Assembly (NCBI GenBank): GCA_017427715.1
Contig: JAFRSF010000024.1
Span: 30,268 to 94,267 of the forward strand
From: Alphaproteobacteria bacterium
GTDB taxonomy: Bacteria; Pseudomonadota; Alphaproteobacteria; Rs-D84
DNA length: 64,000 nt
Direction: 5' to 3'
Positions 28,996 through 39,735 of the stretch are shown one piece after another. The translations under genes and the position numbers were made by a program. A model generated the notes under the pieces. It did not search any database. It saw only the letters and a list, made by a program, of their open reading frames with translations, and was not told where the DNA came from. How positions within the stretch are numbered: position 1 is the stretch's first letter; each line of letters begins with the position of its first letter.

Positions 28996-30210
28996 TTATT
29001 TTTTAATATTCACTTTTAAAAACACTTTTTTGCCACGTTGAACCATTATTGATTCTGCCGGTTTCACAACATATTCTTTGTCGGTTATTTTTTCACCATC
29101 AATTTGAATACCACCCTGTTCTACCATTCGGCGTGCTTCAGATTTAGAATCAAACAATTTCACAGCAACCAAGAAATCAACAATTCCCATCGGTTCAGAC
29201 ATTTCTAAATCAAAACTCGGCGCATTATCTGCATTACCAGCACTGAACAAAGACGATGCTGTTTCTGCTGCTTGTTTTGCTGATTCTTCACCATGAACCA
29301 ATTTAGTTATCTCAAAAGCCATGCGTTTTTTTGCAGCAATAATGTCGTCTTTGCACATCTTTTTGATTTCATCCATAGGAATATCTGTAAACAAAGCCAA
29401 CAACAATTGTGTATTTTCATCGCCAGTATTGTAAAAATACTGATAAAAATCGAACACCGTTGTTTTTTCACGTGCGACCCACAATGTACCTTTCTCGGTT
29501 TTGCCCATTTTTTTACCTTCAGCAGTCATTAATAATGGCGCAGTCAAACCGTAAATCTCGCCTTTTTCTTTACCATTTTCCAAATTCATTTTTCTAAATA
29601 ATTCCGTTCCAGCGACAATATTACCCCACTGATCAGAACCACCAATCTGTAAAACGCAACCTTCTGCTTCATTCAAATGAACAAAATCATACGCTTGCAT
29701 AGGCATATAACCCATTTCCAAGAAAGTTAATCCACCATTTTCACGACGACGAGAATATGCTTCACTGGCCAACATAGTATTAACATTAAAATGAACACAC
29801 ACCAAACGCATAAAATCAACATAAGTAAACTTATTTATCCAATCTGCATTATTTACAATTTCTGTGCCAGGTAAAACAAAATGCCTAACCAATTCTTTTA
29901 CTTCATTCAAATTATGTTCAACTTCTTCTTTGGTCAGCATTTTGCGCATATCAGATTTGCCTGTTGGGTCACCAATCAAAGCGGTCGCACCACCAATCAA
30001 AACAATTCCGCGATGCCCAGCATTTTGTAAATGTCTACACATACGCAATGCAAAAAAATGCCCGATATGCAAACTGTCTGCAGTTGGATCAATTCCAACA
30101 TAGAAAGTTATTTTTTTATCACCATTTAATATTTCTTTTATTTGTTCTGGATGTGTCATATCTTTGACAAATCCGCGTTCTTGCAACATATCAAATAATT
30201 TTTCAACCAT
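28996..30210 (-). CDS. tyrS: tyrosyl-tRNA synthetase
   Basis: HIGH motif (LHIGHF), KMSKS-type KMGKT, C-terminal S4-like domain. Confidence 0.92.
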   Translation of the reverse strand: MVEKLFDMLQERGFVKDMTHPEQIKEILNGDKKITFYVGIDPTADSLHIGHFFALRMCRHLQNAGHRGIVLIGGATALIGDPTGKSDMRKMLTKEEVEHNLNEVKELVRHFVLPGTEIVNNADWINKFTYVDFMRLVCVHFNVNTMLASEAYSRRRENGGLTFLEMGYMPMQAYDFVHLNEAEGCVLQIGGSDQWGNIVAGTELFRKMNLENGKEKGEIYGLTAPLLMTAEGKKMGKTEKGTLWVAREKTTVFDFYQYFYNTGDENTQLLLALFTDIPMDEIKKMCKDDIIAAKKRMAFEITKLVHGEESAKQAAETASSLFSAGNADNAPSFDLEMSEPMGIVDFLVAVKLFDSKSEARRMVEQGGIQIDGEKITDKEYVVKPAESIMVQRGKKVFLKVNIKK

Positions 30211-30302
30211 TTTTGTTTCCTTATGTTTCTATTGTTATCGGTAATGGTAGCATGATTTTATATTTTATGCAAGAAAACTGCGCTACAAAATCAAACACCG
30301 TT

Positions 30303-30334
30303 AAAAAAACACCACGCTTTGAAGCGTGGTGTTT
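30303..30334 (-). terminator. rho-independent terminator downstream of tsf
   Basis: CACCACGC/GCGTGGTG stem followed by a T7 run on the minus strand. Confidence 0.65.
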
Positions 30335-30355
30335 GTATTCAAGATATTTTCTGAT

Positions 30356-31225
30356 TTAGCCCAACATTTTTGCAACTTCATCAGCCAAATTATCTTCACG
30401 CTTCTGAATACCTTCACCCAATACGTAATACGCGTAACCAGCCAGTTTACCACCGTGTTCGGCGATAACTTCTTTGACTGTCTTGCTTGGATCCATAACA
30501 AAAGGTTGTTCTTCCAAAACGGATTCGCCGTAATATTTCTTAATACGACCTTCAACCATTTTTTCAACGATATTTTCAGGTTTACCAGCAGTTGCGCCAG
30601 ATTCAATAAATACTTTCTTTTCACGTTCAACTGCCTTTGGATCAACATCAGCGATTGTCATAAATTCTGGTTTATTTGCAGCAATGTGCATAGCGATTTT
30701 ATTACCAATTTCATCAATTCTCGCATCATCACCATTGATTGCAACAACAACACCAATTTGTCCCATACCTGGAACCAAAGCATTATGAACATAAGTATAA
30801 ATATGATCACCGTTTACCTTTGCAATACGGCGCAAACTCATGTTTTCACCAATCGTAGCAATAGTTGCAGCAATATCATCTTTGACAGCAGCCAACGTTG
30901 CATCAAAATCACCACCTAATTCAGCGGCTTTATTTGCAACATTTGCGACCAAAGTTTGGAATTTGTCGTTTTTAGCAACAAAATCTGTTTCTGCGTTTAA
31001 TTCAACAACGCAACCCATTTCATCACATTTAACAACCGTCACCAAACCAGATGCAGCAACACGCCCTGCTTTGGATGCTGCTTTGACAATACCTTTTTGG
31101 CGCAACCAATCGGCTGCGGCTTCGATATCGCCATTGTTTTCCACCAATGCTTTTTTACAGTCCATCATACCTGCGGATGTTTTTTCACGCAGTTCCTGAA
31201 CTAATTTTGCTGTTATTTCTGCCAT
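30356..31225 (-). CDS. tsf: elongation factor Ts
   Basis: The N-terminal UBA-like segment is LVQELREKTSAGMMDCKKAL. Confidence 0.93.
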   Translation of the reverse strand: MAEITAKLVQELREKTSAGMMDCKKALVENNGDIEAAADWLRQKGIVKAASKAGRVAASGLVTVVKCDEMGCVVELNAETDFVAKNDKFQTLVANVANKAAELGGDFDATLAAVKDDIAATIATIGENMSLRRIAKVNGDHIYTYVHNALVPGMGQIGVVVAINGDDARIDEIGNKIAMHIAANKPEFMTIADVDPKAVEREKKVFIESGATAGKPENIVEKMVEGRIKKYYGESVLEEQPFVMDPSKTVKEVIAEHGGKLAGYAYYVLGEGIQKREDNLADEVAKMLG

Positions 31226-31249
31226 TGTTAATTCCTTTCTTTATTTTGA

Positions 31250-32101
31250 TTATTTATCCGCTTTGTCCATCATTTTGCTGCGGCGAGCTTCACGGGCTTC
31301 TGATGTCTTAGATTTCTGCTTAGATTCTTTAACCTTCAAATCATGTTCATATTCTTCTGCAGCTGCAGCAGCATTATCGGCATCTGCTTTTTTGCCAGCA
31401 GCCCCACCCAATCTTTTTTCAATACCGGACAAAATAGCATCCACAAACAAATCGCAATATAATTGAGTTGCACGAGATGCATCATCATTACCAGGAACTG
31501 GGTAATCTACCAATTCTGGGTTAGAGTTTGTATCACAAATTGCAACTGTTGGAATATCCAAAACTTTTGCTTCATGTACAGCATTTAATTCACGTGGCAC
31601 ATCAATAACAATCATCGCCTGTGGAATGCCGTGCATTTCCAAAATACCACCAAAAATACTGCGTAATTTAGCAACCTCTTTGGTCATAACACCAACTTCT
31701 TTCTTTGTTAATCCCAGTTTATCAGCATTAGTAATATCTTGTTCCATCTTTTTTAAACGGCGAATACTTTGAGAAACCGTTGTCCAGTTAGTTAACATGC
31801 CGCCCAACCAACGATTGTTTACATAATATTGACCACAACGTTCAGCAGCATCTTTAACGATATCTTTTGCCTGATGTTTGGTAGCAACAAATAAGATTTT
31901 TCCACCCGCTGCTGCGATTGCTTCCAAAGCAACCAAAGCGCGATGCAATAACGGTGCAGTTTTGTTCAAATTAATAATATGAATTTTATCTTTAACGCCA
32001 TAAACATACGGTGTCATCAATGGATTCCAGCGACGTGTATGATGTCCGAAATGAACGCCTGCTTCCATTAATTGTTTCATAGTAAATGTTGGCAATGCCA
32101 T
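31250..32101 (-). CDS. rpsB: 30S ribosomal protein S2
   Basis: Start moved to MALPTFTMKQLMEAGVHFGH. Basic/acidic C-terminal extension. Confidence 0.93.
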   Translation of the reverse strand: MALPTFTMKQLMEAGVHFGHHTRRWNPLMTPYVYGVKDKIHIINLNKTAPLLHRALVALEAIAAAGGKILFVATKHQAKDIVKDAAERCGQYYVNNRWLGGMLTNWTTVSQSIRRLKKMEQDITNADKLGLTKKEVGVMTKEVAKLRSIFGGILEMHGIPQAMIVIDVPRELNAVHEAKVLDIPTVAICDTNSNPELVDYPVPGNDDASRATQLYCDLFVDAILSGIEKRLGGAAGKKADADNAAAAAEEYEHDLKVKESKQKSKTSEAREARRSKMMDKADK

Positions 32102-32355
32102 GATTTTATCCTTTTTTCTGTTGTTATCCTCGGTCAACGGGCGTAACAAAACCAACCTTGTTGGACAGAAATTATACCCATTGCCTGTGTTCTTCGTGCT
32201 AGGCACGTACCACCATAATAACCCAAAGAATACAGAAAATCAAGTATTTTTTAATGTATTTATCGATCTGGTTTTCTCACCCACGGCAATGAACATGCGC
32301 TTGAACTAAAATCCATATTGGTTTTCCATCAACCAGCGGATTACAATGCAAAATC

Positions 32356-33432
32356 TCAATTTACCTTGGCATCCAATACCGGCCATATCTTTTGTTCATC
32401 CAATGGATGTTTTTGGTACTGCACATTTGCAAAATCTATATTATTCAAATCAAACCGCCGAATTGTTGGATTATACATTGTCGTATAATACAATTTGTTA
32501 TTCGTCATATCTGTCACACTGGTCCATTGTGTTGCAGATGGTATATTCGGCACACTTCTAGAATCTGAATATTGCGCACCAATCGGTATCGTCAATGCCA
32601 TCATAATGTGAAATGCCTGGTCAACTGTTTTGTCAGCAGTCGCCAACATTGGCGCACTGTTTTGGAAAAACGCAGCACGAACAAATCTGGATGGTGGCGT
32701 CATATCGCCAGGTAATCCCAACATGCCTGAACCATGCCCCAATGGCGACAAAGATATATTCCCAAATTCATGACCATTCGCATTGCCCGGATGTAAATTG
32801 ATATAATTGCTTAAATTTGTTATATGCCATGGATAACCTGGTGCATTAGTCAAAACTCCCAAATTATTTTCATACACCATCGGGACACCATTGATGTATT
32901 CTATAACTATTTGACGACCATATTTATCTGCGACACGCCAATGCAATGTTTCTGCACGTGGGTCAGTTGCAACAATCCTGATTGTTGGCAAAGCAGCAAT
33001 AACATCTTCGACTGTTTCAAAACTGCCCAGAATCCACGCGACAAATTGTGTATCCGACAAAGTTATGTCTTTTTTATCAGGATTATATTTCGGATAAGAA
33101 CTAAATTTCGGAAAATAAAATAAACCTGCAGAAAGACCCATTTCATTCAAGCCCTCAATCACATAATCTTCTGATGCCAGTCCAACATAACCATAAAAGG
33201 CATCAAATTTCATACCACCACTGGCACCATCTGGCAATGCAGATTGTTCGCTATATCCACGTGGTACAATTATGTAATCACTGGGGGATTCGCCACCTGC
33301 CCATTCAACACTGCGCGCGACAATATTAGCACCATCTGATGATTTTAATGTGATTCCTGTGCAAGAATTAGCATTGCGATGTCCCCCTATAATCGCCAAT
33401 ATCATCAAAAAAGTAAATGTTTTTGTTTTCAT
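32356..33432 (-). CDS. choloylglycine hydrolase family (Ntn) linear-amide hydrolase, secreted
   Basis: A signal peptide is followed by ..NANS-CTGITLKSSDG, the N-terminal nucleophile Cys context of bile-salt hydrolase/penicillin V acylase. Confidence 0.75.
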   Translation of the reverse strand: MKTKTFTFLMILAIIGGHRNANSCTGITLKSSDGANIVARSVEWAGGESPSDYIIVPRGYSEQSALPDGASGGMKFDAFYGYVGLASEDYVIEGLNEMGLSAGLFYFPKFSSYPKYNPDKKDITLSDTQFVAWILGSFETVEDVIAALPTIRIVATDPRAETLHWRVADKYGRQIVIEYINGVPMVYENNLGVLTNAPGYPWHITNLSNYINLHPGNANGHEFGNISLSPLGHGSGMLGLPGDMTPPSRFVRAAFFQNSAPMLATADKTVDQAFHIMMALTIPIGAQYSDSRSVPNIPSATQWTSVTDMTNNKLYYTTMYNPTIRRFDLNNIDFANVQYQKHPLDEQKIWPVLDAKVN

Positions 33433-33505
33433 TCTATTCCCCTTTGGTTATATTTCTTATTCTATGAACATGCACGTATAAAAACATCAGGAACGTATTC
33501 AATAC

Positions 33506-33531
33506 AAAAAATCGCCTATACCGGCGATTTT
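33506..33531 (-). terminator. rho-independent terminator
   Basis: ATCGCC/GGCGAT stem followed by a T-run on the minus strand. Confidence 0.55.
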
Positions 33532-33549
33532 CAAAAAACGAACAATTTT

Positions 33550-36500
33550 TTATATACCTAATCTGTGATGTAATTTGAACATCAATATCGATTCGTTACC
33601 AAACATATCTGTATTATTTGGGTTTAATCGATATATCAAACCAACACCAGCATCTGTGAATTCACCCAGCGCACTTTTATAAGCAGCAGAAAATCTTAAT
33701 TCACGTTTTTGTGCAGATAAATCTATATATTCCATATGTGCATTATTTACTGCAATTTCATATTTACCATTATTTTCAACCACTTCAAAATCAGCATATC
33801 CATATCCCATACGTCCGCTTGTCACAGCCAACGGCATTGCCACGGTAAAACTGAATCCGCCAACATCTGCACCAAACGCAAAAGCGTTAGATTTTATATC
33901 TGATAAACTGGCAACAAAGTCACTTTGGTTATTCGCATGTGTTGTTGCAAAAGTTCCGTGCAAAGATATTTTCACATCATCAAAAGGTTTGTATGTTGCA
34001 ACTGCATCCAAATATTTTGTATTTGCATTGTTCATAGCAAACAGACCATCACTGACCATACCCAACACAGTATTATTTTCCTGCATCATACCGAAAGAAA
34101 CATTCAATCCAAATTTATCATCAATGTATCTTGTATCAAACGAACCACCGTTTGCCAAACCCAAACGACCTGGTTCGAATTGTGATGATATCACAGGGTC
34201 TTTGTCCAACAGATTTTCATCTGTAATTGCACCAACAAATGCACGCCCACCAAATGCAAAACGACCTCTTTTGTACACAGTATCGACAGACAACGTATCA
34301 GAAATCAAACCCAAAACACCATTGGCACGACCATTAAATCTGGATTCACCGTCTGTCAAATAATGCTGATATTCAGCCGCCACATCCAAATTATTATTCG
34401 TCCACGCAATCCGCATTTCATCTAAACCATTTAAATTATCATTATATGCGCGTTGTGACATCGCCATATTTATTGTCAAATTACCAATTTGATTAGAATG
34501 TTTGTTCATTGAATCAACATTAAAATCCCCCAATACATCACCCATATAAAGACCATGTTTATTATCAACAGAATTCAAAGACAAAGTATTCGTCCAAACA
34601 CGTGGCAACGAAACAGAACCATCAGAACTTTCTAATACATCATAGAACGAAGTTGTTATTGATTGACGTCCTGCCAAAGATAACACACTGGATGCACGCG
34701 ATGAATTTGTAGATAGTGCTGTTCCCCAATACGGTTTATTCGTAGAACTAGATACTATACTTGTCCCATCAAAGAAATACACGTTCGTATTGGGTTTTGT
34801 TGCGCGTGCCAGATTTATCATACCATAACCAAATGCCTGTTTAAAATTATCCAGATAAACATCTGCGTTGGTATTCATTCCCAAAGGCAATGTATACAGT
34901 TTGTCCAAATATTCAATTAATTCCGTATCTGATGTCCATACTTTGTCAGTTTCAGGGTTTTTTCCCAGATATGGTCCATCTGCCGTCAAAGCCAACAATA
35001 AAAATACTTGATCGGGACTCATATAATCAAAAGCACTGCGAACCAACGCAACACCACCTGCCATCGCAGCAGTTGCATCTAGATTGGTTTCCCCAGGTGC
35101 AGCAAAACACCAAGGATTTAACGCACCACCATTTCCTGTACCAGTCAGACCACAAATACGCGATTGATAATGATTACCATCTGTGTCACGCCATGTCGAC
35201 AATTCTAGTTTGCCAACATTTTCAGGACTGTAATCAGATATGGTTTGTCCATTTGTTCCTGTATCACTGCCAGGTTTCAACGCAACAACTGTCATAAACC
35301 TGTTCTGCATTGTCGGATAAACCACTGGCATAAAGTTTTCGAATGTCGCATATTGCGGTGTCACAGATTCACCAGAACCTATTCCATATCTGTTCCATCC
35401 CGCAGGATTCACCCATATTTGTGTTTTATATATTCCCAGATTTGTGAATGCGCTATTCGCATCTACATATGGTTGTTTAACACTTGTATCTTCATCATCA
35501 CCAGCATACGTGTTATAATATTGATTAATCAAACCAATATCAGATACAAAAATATCACTGCTACTTCCCGCAAAATCATATAATGCCTTGGCCCCCAAGA
35601 CATCAACATAATCCAATTCAATCGATGAAGCAGGTAATGCAAGATTTACCACAACCCTAGAATCTTGGGCAGAAATTGCTTTGGATATGGCAGAATATGT
35701 TTTATAATCGGCGCTTTGCAAAGTTTTAGACAACGTCAGTGCATGTTCTGCCCCAATTGCGTACATGGCATCTATATCCCCATTTGCAGTTGAACTGATA
35801 TACAAATTATTGTTCACTATGTAACCTTGGTATATTTTTGTAGAATCCGTTTGGTCTTCTGCAGTAAATATCCAACCACCCGCTGAATCAGTTTCAACAG
35901 ATGTGACAACCAATGTTTTTCCAGCAAATGTAAATGTATCATCTTCTGTCAAACCATCGTCAGAAATATTATACGAACCGGTTGCCGGCACCCCAGAACC
36001 AGGTGTTCCCCAATATTGCCCTGCACCCGTTTTATATACAGTTAATTGACCATTTGGAATAAAACCATAATAATCTTCATCTGCACGTCCACCATATTCC
36101 CAACCCGCAATTATTTTTGCCAATTTTGTATCAGAATCGCTTGCCAACCCAAACACAGTTCCCGCCCCTGACAAATCAAATGTTGTAGTTTCATTTTTTC
36201 CAACATTTGGTCCAGAATAATTATAGTATTTGTGTGTTTCTTCATTTAGCGCTGCCACAAACGCGGTTTGACAAAGTGTGCTGTTATCACCATTTGCATC
36301 ACAAATACTCAGAACACTACTAACCTTGTTAGGATCAATCCATGTAATTATGCCGTCCACAGCACTGCCCGTTGTATTTATCCCATTGCTGGTAATCATC
36401 GCAACATTAACCGGCTTTCCGCCACCAACAGGGACACCATCAATATACGGCAAACTTTTTAAATTAAAAGGTGATTTATCGTTAGATATTCTTATTGTAT

Positions 36501-37215
36501 TCATACCCAAATACCCACGAATAAATGGACTGTATGCATACGATGCCATTAAATAATTAAAACCATTGTTTGGGTCTGACATAAATGCAAAATCCAACTG
36601 ACGTAATGGAATGCTTGATTCCGCCCCCCAATCTGTAAAATCAGTCGGACACGTTGTCCCAGAACACGCAGGCCCATACGGTAGATTCTGTGAAAACAGC
36701 GCAGTTCCAGCGTTTGTATTGCCACTGCCATCACCACTGCCGGGACGTGTTCCACCCGAAGATGCAGAATTATTATTTTCTGAATCAAATACATTGGTTA
36801 ACAAAGCCACACCACCAATCACAGCCGCCACACCCACCGCAGACAACGCAACGATATGCGATGAAGACAGACCACTGAAAAAACCATATTCTTCACCAGA
36901 TGCTGCAACTTTGGTTTTTCGTTTGTAATTTTTAATTTGCCTGTCACAATTTGACGCGTCTGCACCATACATTTGTAAAATCTGAATTGCACGTTTATCA
37001 TTATTCATAACGGCAGTACAAACCAACGACAAACCAGTTGAATCTACATAATTTATATCAACACCAGAATTAACCAGAAATTGAATTGTTCGCGTATCAC
37101 CACGCCGCGCCGCAGCCAACAATTGGGCAGCATTTTGAAAATCAGAACCCGCTGCACCAAATGCACAGCATGGTATTAAAATCCCCAAGAACGGCAAAAA
37201 TCTAACACTTTTCAT
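33550..37215 (-). CDS. 1221-aa exported protein: signal peptide, ankyrin repeats, hydrophobic segment, large passenger-like region, C-terminal beta-barrel-like (autotransporter-like) region
   Basis: ANK consensus in ..GDTRTIQFLVNSGVDINYVDSTGLSLVCTAVMNNDKRAIQILQMYGADASNCD. The C-terminal ~280 aa shows an alternating beta-strand pattern. ..DATAAMAGGVALVRS.. faintly recalls the subtilase GTSMAAPHVAG segment but lacks the Ser. Confidence 0.55.
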   Translation of the reverse strand: MKSVRFLPFLGILIPCCAFGAAGSDFQNAAQLLAAARRGDTRTIQFLVNSGVDINYVDSTGLSLVCTAVMNNDKRAIQILQMYGADASNCDRQIKNYKRKTKVAASGEEYGFFSGLSSSHIVALSAVGVAAVIGGVALLTNVFDSENNNSASSGGTRPGSGDGSGNTNAGTALFSQNLPYGPACSGTTCPTDFTDWGAESSIPLRQLDFAFMSDPNNGFNYLMASYAYSPFIRGYLGMNTIRISNDKSPFNLKSLPYIDGVPVGGGKPVNVAMITSNGINTTGSAVDGIITWIDPNKVSSVLSICDANGDNSTLCQTAFVAALNEETHKYYNYSGPNVGKNETTTFDLSGAGTVFGLASDSDTKLAKIIAGWEYGGRADEDYYGFIPNGQLTVYKTGAGQYWGTPGSGVPATGSYNISDDGLTEDDTFTFAGKTLVVTSVETDSAGGWIFTAEDQTDSTKIYQGYIVNNNLYISSTANGDIDAMYAIGAEHALTLSKTLQSADYKTYSAISKAISAQDSRVVVNLALPASSIELDYVDVLGAKALYDFAGSSSDIFVSDIGLINQYYNTYAGDDEDTSVKQPYVDANSAFTNLGIYKTQIWVNPAGWNRYGIGSGESVTPQYATFENFMPVVYPTMQNRFMTVVALKPGSDTGTNGQTISDYSPENVGKLELSTWRDTDGNHYQSRICGLTGTGNGGALNPWCFAAPGETNLDATAAMAGGVALVRSAFDYMSPDQVFLLLALTADGPYLGKNPETDKVWTSDTELIEYLDKLYTLPLGMNTNADVYLDNFKQAFGYGMINLARATKPNTNVYFFDGTSIVSSSTNKPYWGTALSTNSSRASSVLSLAGRQSITTSFYDVLESSDGSVSLPRVWTNTLSLNSVDNKHGLYMGDVLGDFNVDSMNKHSNQIGNLTINMAMSQRAYNDNLNGLDEMRIAWTNNNLDVAAEYQHYLTDGESRFNGRANGVLGLISDTLSVDTVYKRGRFAFGGRAFVGAITDENLLDKDPVISSQFEPGRLGLANGGSFDTRYIDDKFGLNVSFGMMQENNTVLGMVSDGLFAMNNANTKYLDAVATYKPFDDVKISLHGTFATTHANNQSDFVASLSDIKSNAFAFGADVGGFSFTVAMPLAVTSGRMGYGYADFEVVENNGKYEIAVNNAHMEYIDLSAQKRELRFSAAYKSALGEFTDAGVGLIYRLNPNNTDMFGNESILMFKLHHRLGI

Positions 37216-37302
37216 AAAATTGTTCTCTCTTCAAACAAAAGATAGCATAAAAAAATATATTCTGTCCAGTATTTTTACTTACAATAATATATCATTTTTT
37301 CT

Positions 37303-37331
37303 TTGCTTTAATATTTGATTTTTGATATACT
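37303..37331 (+). promoter_or_regulatory. candidate sigma70-like promoter of the secreted-protein operon
   Basis: TTGCTT, 17 nt spacer, TATACT, ending 15 nt before the ATG at 37346. Confidence 0.3.
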
Positions 37332-37345
37332 GTCCCCAGAGAGAA

Positions 37346-38272
37346 ATGAAACATCGCACATTATTTTCAGTAATCGGTTTTTTGTTTGCGCCTGCTGTTG
37401 CGTTTGGTGCATGTTCTGCTAATAATCTGACACGTTGTCTGGATTCTGTATGTGCAATAAACATTGGTGCAAATGCTGCTGCGCGTTGTCAGTATTGCGG
37501 TTCTGCAACTGCTGGCGAACCACCAACGACAAATATTGAAACAATTAACGGTAAAACTGTGCAAATGAAAAATATAACCGCGGGAGGCACGTCAAAATAT
37601 ACTATCTCGGACAAAGAATTAAAGAAAGCACCAAAAGACCCAGGTCAACGGTATGTCTGGGCAACAGAGCAATGCTTGAAAAAAGTTTCTGGTTGTACAA
37701 CAGAAGATGTATCTGACACGTACGATTCTTTGATTGAACAATCTTGCGAAGCGGCCGGAATTGCAGCAGAAATGTTAATCGCTATTACAAATACAAACAA
37801 AACCAAAACAAAAACCGAATGTTCTGCTAAAATTAACGCATGCGTCATTGATGAAAGACATTGTTTAGCAGATTATCGTAATTGCGAATCGGATACTAAT
37901 TTTGATAAATATTTTTCACAATGCAGTATATCTTCACCGGCTACCAAAGATAACAAAATTGAATATGATATATCTGGTTGCGATTCGTTCTTGGCTGATA
38001 TTCGTTCTACATTGATATCAGATAGAAACAGTGCGATAAAAAATGCTGCAACATTGTTACAAAGTATTGTAAAAGCATACCAAGACACACGTACCACAAA
38101 ATTGGCTACGACACAAAAATCATGCAAAGATAATTCTGCAAAACAAATTTGTTTGGCTGATATGTGTGATTCTCATATGCGTCATAAATGCGGTGACGGA
38201 TACGAATATGAACTACAATTGGCTGAACAGTTATGCAAATATTATGATACTGCATGCAGTCGATTAAAGTAG
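37346..38272 (+). CDS. Cys-rich secreted protein (family member)
   Basis: Start moved to MKHRTLF.. (signal ..AVAFGA). LTRCLDSVCAINIGANAAARCQYCGS motif. 20+ Cys. Confidence 0.6.
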   Translation: MKHRTLFSVIGFLFAPAVAFGACSANNLTRCLDSVCAINIGANAAARCQYCGSATAGEPPTTNIETINGKTVQMKNITAGGTSKYTISDKELKKAPKDPGQRYVWATEQCLKKVSGCTTEDVSDTYDSLIEQSCEAAGIAAEMLIAITNTNKTKTKTECSAKINACVIDERHCLADYRNCESDTNFDKYFSQCSISSPATKDNKIEYDISGCDSFLADIRSTLISDRNSAIKNAATLLQSIVKAYQDTRTTKLATTQKSCKDNSAKQICLADMCDSHMRHKCGDGYEYELQLAEQLCKYYDTACSRLK

Positions 38273-38292
38273 AACAAAAGATAAAAAATAAA

Positions 38293-39735
38293 ATGAAAAC
38301 ATTGAACAAAAGATTTTTTCTGACATTAACACCATTAGTAATGGTATTGTGTTCTTTGTTTATAAATATGAATAATTCATTTGCTGCACCACGTGCTGCA
38401 ATTCGTGGGACAGCGGGAACACGTCAACCGGTGGCAAAAACCACAACACAAACAACAACGGTTGAAACGCCTGCCCCGGTTTTGGATGAACCCGAACCGA
38501 TTGAACAAACGACACCCGCGATTAACAAAGCAAGTCAATTTGACAGTGTCATTTCATCATCCGTCAAAACCGCAGCATCTGGGAACAGCGATATTGCAGA
38601 ACGTATACGGGCGCAACGTGCTGCGATAGAGGCACAAGATGCAACATCAGCAACCAAAACAAAAAACGCCAGCGGACGAAATGCGTGTGATTTTGGATTA
38701 CGTGAATGTATGGTTAAAACATGTGGCAAAGATTTTACAAAATGTGCAACAGATGGTGACACAGATTTGGGAATTAAATTTAACGCATGCAAACGCGATT
38801 TAAACTGCACCGGTGAAGAATTCAGATTGTTTACCACAGAAATCAAAGCAGATCGCGACATGAACGTTCGTTTATCATCATACAATGCGGTCATTGATTG
38901 TGGTCTGGCCTATAATGATTGCATATTTACTGAATGTGGGGAAACATTTGATAAATGCTTGGGTAAAAGTGCAGCTGACAAAGCCACAAAGGCATGCAAA
39001 CAAATTGCTGATAAATGCAAAGAACAAGATTCTGGTCTGCCTGGTCGTTTTGGAAATGTAATTGGTCGTTTACGTGAAAATGCTGAAAAAGATGTCAAAG
39101 CAGACGAAGAACGTATGTACAAACTGCGTGATTTGATGCGCAGTGCGTGTACAAAATTAGGTGCAGTATTTGATGAACGTACATTTGATTGCGTTTATAC
39201 AGTTAATTTTTATGCTGGTGACGACCAAGACACACCAAAGGCATCGCGTAAAAGATACGCTGGTGACACATTTGTATGTACCCAGGAATGGTTTGGTGTG
39301 GACGTCACAACATACAAAGAAAACGCGTATCGTGAAACACGTATGCAAACTGCTGCAACATCTGCAATGTTGGGCGCTGGTGTTGGAACGGCGGCTGGTT
39401 TGGTAACATCTGGTGCAATATCACGCGCATTGGATACCCAGAAAGCACAAAAAGGTGTAGACAAAGCAAAGGCCGATGAATGCAAGAACAGCGGTGGATT
39501 ATATGAAAATAACAAATGTAACAAAGCGGGTGATACTTGTGCTAAGAATCGTGGAACAGGGAAATATGCAAAAAATGCGTCTGGACAATTGTTCTGCGAA
39601 TTAGATAAATGTAAAGATGAAAAGAATCGTAAATTAAGTGACGACAAAACAAAATGTGTAAGGAAAGACGGTAAAGAAGATAAGGAAGAAGACAAAAATG
39701 AAGAAAATGCGAACACGAAGATGATGGTAGCATAG
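38293..39735 (+). CDS. Cys-rich secreted protein (family member), K/E-rich tail; possibly frameshifted at its 3' end
   Basis: Start at MKTLNKRFF.. (signal ..NNSFA). CDFGLRECMVKTCGKDFTKC motif. The coding-like sequence continues in the -1 frame after 39701. Confidence 0.6.
   Translation: MKTLNKRFFLTLTPLVMVLCSLFINMNNSFAAPRAAIRGTAGTRQPVAKTTTQTTTVETPAPVLDEPEPIEQTTPAINKASQFDSVISSSVKTAASGNSDIAERIRAQRAAIEAQDATSATKTKNASGRNACDFGLRECMVKTCGKDFTKCATDGDTDLGIKFNACKRDLNCTGEEFRLFTTEIKADRDMNVRLSSYNAVIDCGLAYNDCIFTECGETFDKCLGKSAADKATKACKQIADKCKEQDSGLPGRFGNVIGRLRENAEKDVKADEERMYKLRDLMRSACTKLGAVFDERTFDCVYTVNFYAGDDQDTPKASRKRYAGDTFVCTQEWFGVDVTTYKENAYRETRMQTAATSAMLGAGVGTAAGLVTSGAISRALDTQKAQKGVDKAKADECKNSGGLYENNKCNKAGDTCAKNRGTGKYAKNASGQLFCELDKCKDEKNRKLSDDKTKCVRKDGKEDKEEDKNEENANTKMMVA

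Noticed and set aside
30326-30919. 197-aa plus-strand ORF
   Set aside because: It is antisense to the unambiguous tsf gene.
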